Shown here piece after piece: positions 15,877 to 23,926 of a stretch of 44,471 nucleotides of DNA; the stretch's first letter is position 1, and the number at the start of each line of letters is the position of its first letter. This stretch comes from a virus. The notes under the pieces are model-generated. The model saw nothing but the letters and a program-made list of their open reading frames with translations. It was not told the DNA's origin and searched no databases. A program made the translations under genes and the position numbers. The stretch is taken from the IMG/VR virus record IMGVR_UViG_3300020325_000001, one strand, 5' to 3'.

Positions 15877-16215
15877 ATGAAATCTATTATTGCTGCCGGT
15901 TTCCTCCTCGGCTGTGCCCAAGGCGCTATCGCTGGTCCCTACGCAAACATCGAAGCCAACTCTGGTTTCTACGGATCTGACTACACCGGTACTGCTACCG
16001 ACGTTCACGTTGGTTACGAAGGTGCTAACTGGTATGTGCAGGGTGGTCCTGCTCTGCTCCAACCTGACGGTGGTGACGGTGACGTTGAACTGTCTGGTAA
16101 AGCAGGTGGTTCCTACGACGTAAACGATGCTCTGTCTGTCTACGGTGAGGTCTCATTCATCACTGGTGATGAGAATGGTTACGGGACTAAGATCGGAGCC
16201 AAGTATAAGTTCTGA
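15877..16215 (+). CDS. Signal-peptide protein with outer-membrane beta-barrel-like features (112 aa)
   Basis: The N-terminus MKSIIAAGFLLGCAQGAIAG is a signal peptide with a possible lipobox LLGC. Gly/Tyr-rich alternating strands are present (DVHVGYEGANWYVQGG, LSVYGEVSFITG). The C-terminal ...GAKYKF ends in Phe, like a BAM beta-signal. Confidence 0.55.
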   Translation: MKSIIAAGFLLGCAQGAIAGPYANIEANSGFYGSDYTGTATDVHVGYEGANWYVQGGPALLQPDGGDGDVELSGKAGGSYDVNDALSVYGEVSFITGDENGYGTKIGAKYKF

Positions 16216-16304
16216 TTTATACAGCCCGTCACTGGATGTGAGCCTTGGGCGGGCTTAACAAAGTGCTCAAATACATAAGAATGTAAATGTAACCGCACTT
16301 TTAA

Positions 16305-17384
16305 ATGACCGCTATTCTTTCACAACGGCAGTCTCGTTCTACTTGGGAGGAGTTCTGCCAGTGGGTAACGTCCACTAACAACCGTTTGTATGTTGGCTGG
16401 TTTGGTATCCTTATGATCCCAACCCTGCTGGCTGCTACTATTTGTTTTGTAACTGCCTTCGTGGCAGCACCTCCTGTAGACATCGATGGAATCCGAGAAC
16501 CAGTCGCAGGCTCCCTCCTCTACGGAAACAACATCATATCGGGAGCCGTCGTTCCGAGCAGCAATGCCATCGGACTACACTTCTACCCAATTTGGGAAGC
16601 TGCTACACTTGATGAATGGCTCTACAACGGGGGTCCATTCCAGCTTGTCGTTTTCCACTTCCTCATTGGTATCTATTCTTACATGGGACGAGAGTGGGAA
16701 CTTAGCTATCGACTAGGTATGCGTCCCTGGATCTTTGTGGCATACAGTGCACCTGTTGCCGCAGCTTCTGCTGTCTTCCTGGTATACCCTTTTGGTCAAG
16801 GATCTTTTTCCGATGCTATGCCTCTTGGCATTTCCGGTACCTTTAACTATATGTTTGTCTTCCAGGCAGAACATAATATCCTCATGCACCCGTTCCACAT
16901 GTTGGGCGTTGCTGGTGTGTTTGGCGGATCTTTGTTCAGCGCCATGCACGGTTCTCTCGTCACATCTTCGCTCATCCGTGAAACGACTGAGGAAGTGAGC
17001 CAGAACTATGGCTACAAATTTGGTCAGGAAGAAGAGACTTACAACATCGTTGCAGCTCATGGCTACTTTGGTCGTCTTATTTTTCAGTACGCTTCTTTTA
17101 ACAATAGCCGTAGTCTCCACTTCTTTCTGGCAGCCTGGCCTGTTGTTGGTATCTGGTTTACTGCTCTTGGTGTGTCTACCATGGCTTTCAACCTGAATGG
17201 TTTCAACTTTAACCAGTCCATTCAAGATCGTGAAGGTCACGTGATTAACACGTGGGCAGACATCCTGAACCGGGCTGGTCTTGGTATGGAAGTGATGCAC
17301 GAGCGTAATGCACACAACTTCCCCCTCGACCTGGCGGCTGCTGAGACTACTCCTGTTGCTCTCACTGCTCCTACTATTGGTTAA
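16305..17384 (+). CDS. psbA: Photosystem II D1 protein
   Basis: The 359-aa product is near-identical over its full length to remembered picocyanobacterial D1 (…[28 protein letters not shown]…[23 protein letters not shown]). The ORF is uninterrupted. Confidence 0.98.
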   Translation: MTAILSQRQSRSTWEEFCQWVTSTNNRLYVGWFGILMIPTLLAATICFVTAFVAAPPVDIDGIREPVAGSLLYGNNIISGAVVPSSNAIGLHFYPIWEAATLDEWLYNGGPFQLVVFHFLIGIYSYMGREWELSYRLGMRPWIFVAYSAPVAAASAVFLVYPFGQGSFSDAMPLGISGTFNYMFVFQAEHNILMHPFHMLGVAGVFGGSLFSAMHGSLVTSSLIRETTEEVSQNYGYKFGQEEETYNIVAAHGYFGRLIFQYASFNNSRSLHFFLAAWPVVGIWFTALGVSTMAFNLNGFNFNQSIQDREGHVINTWADILNRAGLGMEVMHERNAHNFPLDLAAAETTPVALTAPTIG

Positions 17385-17388
17385 TACA

Positions 17389-17544
17389 ATGGGTAAACCC
17401 AAAAAACAAAAAAGTAAATCTGATCAAGCAATTGAATTTCTCCGTGGATACTTTGGAGATAAAAGTAATAAATCTCCAGTAGCAGACATTGTAAGGTCTG
17501 GGGTTCAGCGTGAGAAAGCTTATAAAAAACACAAACTTAAGTAA
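17389..17544 (+). CDS. Hypothetical Lys-rich protein (51 aa)
   Basis: ATG 17389 lies 4 nt after the psbA stop. The product is MGKPKKQKSKSDQAIEFLRGYFGDKSNKSPVADIVRSGVQREKAYKKHKLK. Confidence 0.45.
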   Translation: MGKPKKQKSKSDQAIEFLRGYFGDKSNKSPVADIVRSGVQREKAYKKHKLK

Positions 17545-17563
17545 TTAATTCGTACGTTCATCT

Positions 17564-17728
17564 ATGTTTGACATTCAAGTATGCGATAATGGTGCTCGTA
17601 TTATCCGTGATGCACTAAGGCTATACAAAAAGCAATGGCCTGGTGGTCATCCACAGGAACAGGAAGACATTAACTTTCTGGAGACACAATTTACCCGCAT
17701 GGTTTTAGAGTCAACTATAGACGCATGA
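17564..17728 (+). CDS. Hypothetical protein (54 aa)
   Basis: The ORF runs from ATG 17564 to TGA 17726-17728. The product is MFDIQVCDNGARIIRDALRLYKKQWPGGHPQEQEDINFLETQFTRMVLESTIDA. Confidence 0.4.
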   Translation: MFDIQVCDNGARIIRDALRLYKKQWPGGHPQEQEDINFLETQFTRMVLESTIDA

Positions 17729-17730
17729 CT

Positions 17731-17764
17731 GCCTAAGCATGGAACGGGGCTTAGGTGTATTTTT
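17731..17764 (+). terminator. Intrinsic terminator candidate
   Basis: The stem CCTAAGC (17732-17738) pairs with GCTTAGG (17749-17755) across a 10-nt loop, followed by gtgtaTTTTTgt. Confidence 0.5.
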
Positions 17765-17773
17765 GTACGAACT

Positions 17774-17881
17774 ATGTCTATCAATCTCATTCGTTTCCTT
17801 GCATCACAGAAAAAGCGTGCAGAGCGCTATCACACTGATGCCCTCCGCTACCGTGGTGTAGTGTATAAAGAGATCGACTGA
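17774..17881 (+). CDS. Hypothetical 35-aa protein, possibly DUF4278-like (RYRGVVY)
   Basis: In MSINLIRFLASQKKRAERYHTDALRYRGVVYKEID, the YRGV.Y motif recalls cyanobacterial DUF4278. Confidence 0.3.
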   Translation: MSINLIRFLASQKKRAERYHTDALRYRGVVYKEID

Positions 17882-17915
17882 TGGTGTAGGAGGGGTTCGA
17901 CTCCCCTCCCAGTCA
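17876..17915 (+). other. tRNA-like acceptor/T-arm minihelix; not a complete tRNA
   Basis: The element reads GACTG-atggtgta-GGAGGGG-TTCGACT-CCCCTCC-CAGTC-A. It has 5+7 = 12 stacked bp and a 7-nt loop matching the T-loop consensus TTCRANY. No D arm or anticodon arm can be built upstream. Confidence 0.55.
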
Positions 17916-18012
17916 TTGGTTAGAGCCGGTACGCCGATACCTCTAGCCGTCTAGACGGTGGGAATAGACCACAAAAAATTTTTCAAACGTTTGAAGTCTG
18001 TCTAAATACATT

Positions 18013-18021
18013 TTAACTTTA
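18013..18021 (+). promoter_or_regulatory. Exact match to the T7 gene 10 leader epsilon enhancer TTAACTTTA, 4 nt before the capsid ATG
   Basis: The sequence is cattTTAACTTTAtacaATG, and no GGAG-type SD lies between the 9-mer and the ATG. Confidence 0.45.
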
Positions 18022-18025
18022 TACA

Positions 18026-19195
18026 ATGGCTTTTCAATCTTCTGACATGGCTGCGAGCCTGACTCGCCCCGGTCAATCTAACGCGACGGGTGATGCCCGC
18101 GCTCTTTATTTGAAACTCTTCTCCGGAGAGATGTTCAAAGGTTTCCAGAATAATACGATCGCTCGTGATCTGATTATGCGTCGTACTCTGACCAGCGGTA
18201 AATCTCTCCAGTTTATCTACACTGGACGTACCAAGGCTGAGTACCATACTCCTGGTAACAGCATCCTGGGTGATTCCAATGGTGCACCTCCGGTGGCTGA
18301 GAAGACCATCACGGTCGATGATCTGCTGATCTCCAGTGCATTCCTGTACGACCTTGATGAGACTCTTTCTCATTATGACATGCGTTCTGAGATCTCTCGT
18401 AAGATCGGCTACGCTCTTGCCGAAAAATATGACCGGCTGATCTTCCGTGCCATCGCTAAAGGTGCACGTCAAGCATCTCCTGTTCAGTCTACTGGTACTG
18501 GTGGTGCCCTTCAAAGTATGGAGGAACCCGGTGGTACTCAGGTTCAAGTTGGTGGAGCTGCTGAAGATGCTTTTGATGCCCAGGCGCTGGTAACTGCATT
18601 CTACAATGCAGCTGCTGCTCTTGACGAAAAGGGTGTCAGCCAAGACGGGCGTGTCGGGGTCCTCAACCCTCGCCAATACTATGCCCTGATTCAGCAAGTT
18701 GGCAACAACGGACTGATCAACCGTGACGAGCAAGGCACTGGCCTGCAGACCGGTAAGGGTGTCGTTGAGATCGCTGGTATCAAGATCTTCAAGTCCATGA
18801 ACATTCCGTTCCTGGGTAACTACGGTGTTAAGTATTCTGCTGATGGTGCTACTCTGCCTAAGAATCCTGGCAACACTGGCGACTTTGTTGGTAGCGATAC
18901 TGAGTTGGAGGTTGGTACCGTTGGTAACGGTCTCAATAACAACTACGGTGGTCAAGATGCCTTCGATGCTTCCTGTGGTCTGATCTTCCAACGTGAAGGC
19001 GCAGGTTGTGTGGAAGCCATCGCCCCTCAGGTGCAAGTCACCAGTGGCGACGTTTCTACCATCTACCAGGGTGACGTGATCCTGGGTCGTCTCGCCATGG
19101 GCGCAGACTTCCTGAACCCTGCTGCTTGTGTTGAGCTGTATGCAGGTTCTGCTGCTGATGGTGCCTTTGGTACTTCCTATCCTGCTAACGCCTGA
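18026..19195 (+). CDS. Major capsid protein, T7 gp10-like
   Basis: GDARALYLKLFSGEMFKGF...SGKSLQFIYTGRTKAEYHTPG...ITVDDLLISSAFLYDLDETLSHYDMRSEISRKIG parallels T7 10A (GDKLALFLKVFGGEVLTAF...SGKSAQFPVLGRTQAAYLAPG...ITIDGLLTADVLIYDIEDAMNHYDVRSEYTSQLG). Confidence 0.95.
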   Translation: MAFQSSDMAASLTRPGQSNATGDARALYLKLFSGEMFKGFQNNTIARDLIMRRTLTSGKSLQFIYTGRTKAEYHTPGNSILGDSNGAPPVAEKTITVDDLLISSAFLYDLDETLSHYDMRSEISRKIGYALAEKYDRLIFRAIAKGARQASPVQSTGTGGALQSMEEPGGTQVQVGGAAEDAFDAQALVTAFYNAAAALDEKGVSQDGRVGVLNPRQYYALIQQVGNNGLINRDEQGTGLQTGKGVVEIAGIKIFKSMNIPFLGNYGVKYSADGATLPKNPGNTGDFVGSDTELEVGTVGNGLNNNYGGQDAFDASCGLIFQREGAGCVEAIAPQVQVTSGDVSTIYQGDVILGRLAMGADFLNPAACVELYAGSAADGAFGTSYPANA

Positions 19196-19211
19196 TAGTA
19201 TTTTATTATAC

Positions 19212-19240
19212 GGGAGTCTCTTCGGAGGCTCCTTTTTTTT
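19212..19240 (+). terminator. Strong intrinsic terminator after the capsid gene (T-phi analogue)
   Basis: The stem GGAGTCTC-TTCG-GAGGCTCC has 8 bp with one G-U pair and a UUCG tetraloop, followed by T8. Confidence 0.8.
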
Positions 19241-19274
19241 AATTCTTTATTGAGAATAATACTCATTTGCAATT

Positions 19275-20150
19275 ATGCCTTACCTAACTACTGGCTCCAC
19301 TGAGCTTAAAGCTGTTAATCAGATCCTGGCGTCAGTTGGTCAGGCTCCTGTAACCACGTTGACAACTGAAGAAACTATTGTAATCAATGAGGTAGACCGT
19401 TTTACTGGTTCTATTTCTGGTACTACTCTAACCACTGAAACTGCTAACATTCCTGTTGGTACATATATTGGTGGTACAGGTGTAGCTACTGGTACCTCTA
19501 TTGCTGTGGCTGGTGTGCAACAAGCTACTACCCCTGTGACATATACTTATACTATCAATATCTCACAAACTATTTCTGAGCGTGCACTAACACAGAACAA
19601 GGTTACAACTAGAGTTGAAACTCAAACCAACCCGGACGTTGCGATTGCACTCAACACCCTGAGGGAAGTCTCACGTGAAGTACAGGCTGAAGGCTGGTCA
19701 TATAATACTGAGTTTGATTATAAAATTACACCTGATTCTAACGACGAGATTAACATTCCAGGCGATGTTCTGCAGATGGATCTAAACCAGGGCTACCCTG
19801 AAAACATTGAAAAGGATGCCGTCTTCCGTGGAGGTAAGCTTTACGACAAGAAAAAGCATAGCTATAAGTGGACAGCAGAGACTGTCTATGTAGACATTGT
19901 ATGGTATTTTGATTGGGAAAGTATTCCTGCACCAATCCAAGCACACATCGTTGCACGTGCTGCAGCTATTGTGTCTAGCCGTATTATTGGTGACTCTAAT
20001 CAATACCAAATCCTGCAACAAAAAGAAGCTGTTACACGTTCTCAAGCTTTGGAGTATGAGTGTAACCAGGGTGATTATTCCTTCTTTGGCTCACCTAGTC
20101 ATGGTAACTTCTATCGACCATATAAGCCGTTCCATACCCTACAACGCTAA
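19275..20150 (+). CDS. Tail tubular protein A (gp11-like) with an N-proximal Thr/Gly-rich insertion
   Basis: It follows the capsid gene, and the conserved C-terminal half matches that position. The 291-aa length exceeds my remembered T7 gp11 size of about 196 aa. Confidence 0.75.
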   Translation: MPYLTTGSTELKAVNQILASVGQAPVTTLTTEETIVINEVDRFTGSISGTTLTTETANIPVGTYIGGTGVATGTSIAVAGVQQATTPVTYTYTINISQTISERALTQNKVTTRVETQTNPDVAIALNTLREVSREVQAEGWSYNTEFDYKITPDSNDEINIPGDVLQMDLNQGYPENIEKDAVFRGGKLYDKKKHSYKWTAETVYVDIVWYFDWESIPAPIQAHIVARAAAIVSSRIIGDSNQYQILQQKEAVTRSQALEYECNQGDYSFFGSPSHGNFYRPYKPFHTLQR

Positions 20151-22687
20151 TGCCAGCAGTAACTCAAACAACTCCTAATTTTCTTGGTGGTGTATCCCGC
20201 CAGAATGATGACAAAAAACTAATTAATCAGGTTACTGAATGCGTTAATGGATACCCTGATCCAACCTATGGTCTGCTTAAAAGACCTGGTATGGAGCATG
20301 TTAACGTGCTTAAGAAAGCAAACGGTGATGCATTTACCAAGGCAGAACTAGCTGATGCTGCATGGTTCTTTATTGACCGCGATGATGCAGGTTCTTATAT
20401 TGGTGCTATTAAAGGTTCTAACATTTATGTATGGACTAAAGCTGATGGCACCTTTTGTACAGTAACTAACAACGGTGCTTCTTACCTGACTGGTACTAAG
20501 CAATCAGACTACCACTTCCGTAGTGTGCAGGATGTTACTGTTATTACTAACAAAACAGTTACCACTGCAATGCAAGCAGCTGGTACGTATGTTGCTAATT
20601 CTGTAGCTACAGTTAAACTGGTAACACTTACTGCTGACTATAATTATTCAGTAACTATTCAAGGTATTAAATCTGAAGTTACTGCGCAAAGCACGTCTAC
20701 ATATGACGACTTTCTTCTATATGATAGTGCGAATGTAAATACTAACCACGACTTGGTTGATGCTATTAAGGCTACAATTGATGCACAACACTCTGCAAAC
20801 AACTCTGATTTTGATGGAGTATGGTCGCTAGAGGCATACCCGAATAGCCTTGTAATTAAGCGTACATCAGGTACAAATGCTGTAGTTACAGATTACACGC
20901 AACCCACTGGCACACCTCTTGCATTTACTATTGAAGGAAAAGGTGGTCTTGCTAACCTATCTCTTGAGGTATTTCAGGATAGTGTAAAAGATGCTAGTGA
21001 CTTGCCTGCAGAATCTTTTAATGGACATCATGTAAAAATTACAAATACAAGTTCTGCAGAAGATGATTATTATCTAGAGTACGAGGCATATAACGGGACA
21101 CGTGGTAAGGGGTTCTGGAAAGAAGCAGTCGCTAGGGATGCGTCCCCAGGGCTCGATGCTGCTACCATGCCTTATCAGTTAGAGAATACAGGTGCTACTA
21201 CATTTATTTTTAAGCAGATTCCTTGGACAGCAAGGCAGGTTGGTGACGATAACAGCAGCCCAACACCTTCGTTTATCGGTTATCCTATAAACGCAACATT
21301 CTTCTACAACAATAGGTTTGGTGTTCTTTCAGAGGATAACATCTTCTTTGGTAGAGCTAATGATTCGTTTAACTTCTTTGTTAAATCTGCATTAGCACAG
21401 ACCGATGCTGATCCTGTTGACCTAAACGTAGCTAGTGTTAGACCTGTCGTCTTGACTGATGTCCTACCTTCTCCACAAGGTCTTCTGTTGTTTAGTGCTA
21501 GGCAGCAGTTCCTGGTGCTTTCTACCAGTGCGACTACGCTAACACCTAAGACAACACTTATTAGGGCGATTTCTAACTATGAAATGGACGCTACCATTCC
21601 TCCTGTGGATATTGGAACTACAACAGGTTTCATTAATACAGTACCGGGTTATGCTAAGTTATTTACTTTGCAGCTTCGGGAGATTGAACAAAGCCCACTT
21701 GTGGTTGACATTAGTAAAACAGTTCTAGAGTGGATTCCTAATACTATTGATAGTCTTGCTGTCAGTCCGCAGAACTCTGTTGTCATGTTGACAGATAGAT
21801 CTTCATCTTATATCTACCTCTATAGGTTCTACAATAATGGTGAGCAAGATCTCTTCCAAGCATGGACTAAGTGGCAACTACCTACTACCATCCAAGCTGT
21901 AGATATTATTGATGACGATGTTATCATTGTATCTCAGCATGAAGATGAATACACCATTGGTAAAGTAACCCTTGACCAGATCCCCACAGGAGACGTTGTA
22001 GCAACGTCAACTAGCATGACAGGTAATCCGTGCCTAGACATGGCTACACGCCCCGTCAGCCCTGCTGGAGGCGTCGATGCGGTGGTGTATGATGAGACCA
22101 ATGATGTAACAAAGGTCTACGTACCTTACACACCTATTGACGAAAAGCAAGCTGTTATGCTGCTAAGCGTCCCTCAGGCAGATGTAGATACAACTGCTGT
22201 GATTGATGCTGATGCTGGTTATTATGCTGCAGCAGAAGAGCGTACGGAAAGTGGTACAGGTTATCGCTATTTTGAAGTCAAAGGTAAATTTACTGACTAT
22301 GCCGATGGTATTGTCGTAGGTTACGGTTATGACTTTGAAGTAACACTGCCTAAGTTTTACTACAGACCACAACCTAACACAACTGACTTCACTGCTGCTC
22401 TAACTATTTCACGAGTTAAATTCTCTGTCGGTAGAACTGGCGCTATCCGGTTCAAAGTAAAAGCTGATGGATCTAATGAATGGAAGAATGTAGAGTCTAC
22501 AGCTGATGGTGATCGGTACAGTGCTGATAGCAATCCTGTAAAAGATGAAAGACAATTTATTGTTCCCATCCATCAACGTAATACTAATTTTGAATTAAAA
22601 GTGACAAGTGATTTTCCATACCCTGTATCGTTGGTGTCAATGATGTGGGAGGGTATCTATTCCCCACGATTCTATAGGAGGGCTTAA
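20150..22687 (+). CDS. Tail tubular protein B (gp12-like)
   Basis: An 845-aa ORF with a TAATG overlap with the gp11-like gene, in the syntenic position. Confidence 0.8.
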   Translation: MPAVTQTTPNFLGGVSRQNDDKKLINQVTECVNGYPDPTYGLLKRPGMEHVNVLKKANGDAFTKAELADAAWFFIDRDDAGSYIGAIKGSNIYVWTKADGTFCTVTNNGASYLTGTKQSDYHFRSVQDVTVITNKTVTTAMQAAGTYVANSVATVKLVTLTADYNYSVTIQGIKSEVTAQSTSTYDDFLLYDSANVNTNHDLVDAIKATIDAQHSANNSDFDGVWSLEAYPNSLVIKRTSGTNAVVTDYTQPTGTPLAFTIEGKGGLANLSLEVFQDSVKDASDLPAESFNGHHVKITNTSSAEDDYYLEYEAYNGTRGKGFWKEAVARDASPGLDAATMPYQLENTGATTFIFKQIPWTARQVGDDNSSPTPSFIGYPINATFFYNNRFGVLSEDNIFFGRANDSFNFFVKSALAQTDADPVDLNVASVRPVVLTDVLPSPQGLLLFSARQQFLVLSTSATTLTPKTTLIRAISNYEMDATIPPVDIGTTTGFINTVPGYAKLFTLQLREIEQSPLVVDISKTVLEWIPNTIDSLAVSPQNSVVMLTDRSSSYIYLYRFYNNGEQDLFQAWTKWQLPTTIQAVDIIDDDVIIVSQHEDEYTIGKVTLDQIPTGDVVATSTSMTGNPCLDMATRPVSPAGGVDAVVYDETNDVTKVYVPYTPIDEKQAVMLLSVPQADVDTTAVIDADAGYYAAAEERTESGTGYRYFEVKGKFTDYADGIVVGYGYDFEVTLPKFYYRPQPNTTDFTAALTISRVKFSVGRTGAIRFKVKADGSNEWKNVESTADGDRYSADSNPVKDERQFIVPIHQRNTNFELKVTSDFPYPVSLVSMMWEGIYSPRFYRRA

Positions 22688-23919
22688 TGTTTAATCCAAA
22701 AGAAAACCTCCTAGATCAACAGCTTGCTGTATCCGGTTTGGAGATGAGGATTGCTCCGGCTGTTGCCTTGGCAGGTGTAAGCGCCGCTGCTTCGATTGCT
22801 GGCGGTATTTTTGGAGCTTCATCAGCTTCTAAAAATAATTCGCGTGCCAAAAAAGCGGCCAAAAAGCAGAAAAAATTTAATAAAAAAATTGCTAAAAAGC
22901 AGAACAAACATAACGATAAGTTAGACGCTGCTGATAAGGCTAATTACTTTGCAATGCGTGAGTTTAATCACGAAACTGCAATGGGTCAATGGCAGCGTTC
23001 TGCTGAACTGCAAGACTTTCAATACCTCCAAAGCCTTAAACAATACCAAAAATCTCAATCTATTGGTAACGCACAGCTTGGTTTAAATGCACAAGCCCAA
23101 AGGCAAGGTATTGAAGCTGAACAAGCTGCTCTTGAGGAAGCTTTTATTGAACAACAGTTTGAGCACGAAAGTAATTTAAGTGCACTTAAACAGGCTTACG
23201 CTCAGCAAAATTTCAATCGACAGGAAGCTAATATTCAGTTAGCAGGTATTCAACAGTCAAAACGTTTTGGTGCTCAATCATTTCAAAATACTGTTGATCA
23301 ATTAATGGAACAGGGGGCTATGCAGAAAGAAGCTGCTATGGTCGAAAGTTTGTTGGCGGAAGGAGCAATTCAAGCTTCTGGTCAAGCTGGTAAATCTACT
23401 GCTAAAGCACAGCAATCTAACGCTGCTGCCTTGCAACGTAGTTTGATGGCCCTTGGTTCTGAACTAAATGGTACATATAGAAAAGCTGCTATCCAGCTGG
23501 CTGAATTGAATGCTGATGCTAGTCTTCAAGAGGCAGGTGTTGGTCTCAATCTGCAACGTATTGATGATGCTATTCAAAACGCAGAGGATGAGGCTTATGC
23601 CAACATTGGAGTTATGAACGAAAACATGAAGAGTAATATCGCTCAAACTGAACGTAACATTAAACAGATTTCTATTGATCGTGCATATGCGGACATCAAT
23701 ACTCAAGCAAATATGATGCTGAGACCTGATAGGTTGAGTTATGATCCGGCACCACGACTCCCACCTGAACGTGAGTTTGTCGATCGCATGAAAGCACTTC
23801 CTGGCTATGTACCACCTCCGCAACAACAAAGTGTATGGGCACCAATCTTCCAAGGCTTTGCTGGCGCAGCCAAAGCAGCAACAGGTGCAATAAATCCTAC
23901 AACAGGTAACTTTTATTAA
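22687..23919 (+). CDS. Internal virion protein (gp14-position) with an N-terminal hydrophobic helix and Gln-rich coiled coil
   Basis: The hydrophobic segment IAPAVALAGVSAAASIAGGIFGA is followed by a KKAAKKQKKFNKKIAKKQNK stretch and long Q/A/E-rich helices. The position is syntenic. Confidence 0.55.
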   Translation: MFNPKENLLDQQLAVSGLEMRIAPAVALAGVSAAASIAGGIFGASSASKNNSRAKKAAKKQKKFNKKIAKKQNKHNDKLDAADKANYFAMREFNHETAMGQWQRSAELQDFQYLQSLKQYQKSQSIGNAQLGLNAQAQRQGIEAEQAALEEAFIEQQFEHESNLSALKQAYAQQNFNRQEANIQLAGIQQSKRFGAQSFQNTVDQLMEQGAMQKEAAMVESLLAEGAIQASGQAGKSTAKAQQSNAAALQRSLMALGSELNGTYRKAAIQLAELNADASLQEAGVGLNLQRIDDAIQNAEDEAYANIGVMNENMKSNIAQTERNIKQISIDRAYADINTQANMMLRPDRLSYDPAPRLPPEREFVDRMKALPGYVPPPQQQSVWAPIFQGFAGAAKAATGAINPTTGNFY

Positions 23920-23926
23920 TTAAACT

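Noticed and set aside
16216-16304. Host-type promoter and terminator in front of psbA (TTAACA at 16255-16260; hairpin 16223-16255)
   Set aside because: No acceptable -10 hexamer lies at 16-18 nt spacing, and the hairpin lacks a T-run. The evidence is too weak to call.
16305-17384. Group I intron or homing endonuclease inside psbA, as reported for some cyanophage psbA genes
   Set aside because: The D1 reading frame is continuous and colinear with host D1 over all 359 codons.
16713-17402. 229-aa minus-strand ORF antisense to psbA
   Set aside because: The reasoning is the same. psbA is unambiguous over its full length, and the antisense product has no recognisable features.
17840-17915. Possible complete tRNA gene around the TTCGACT T-loop
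   Set aside because: The required 5' acceptor strand (GACTGGG) is not present ~70 nt upstream, and no D arm or anticodon arm can be folded. Only the acceptor/T-arm minihelix is supported.
18002-19036. 344-aa ORF on the minus strand, antisense to the major capsid gene
   Set aside because: It lies entirely inside a confidently identified, highly biased + strand gene. Its product is low-complexity (Ser/Thr/Leu/Val-rich) with no motifs. Long antisense ORFs are expected where TTA, CTA and TCA codons are avoided, and every other gene is on the + strand.
19100-19240. T7-style -1 frameshift extension of the capsid protein (10B analogue)
   Set aside because: The -1 frame hits a stop (…tcc tgc taa) at the end of the gene, so no extended product is possible. 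The stop is followed directly by a strong terminator.
23836-23843. TGGGCACC, an 8-nt match to the Syn5 RNAP promoter as I remember it (ATTGGGCACCCGTAA)
   Set aside because: Only 8 of 15 nt match, the site lies inside a coding region, and about one such hit is expected by chance in 44 kb on two strands.
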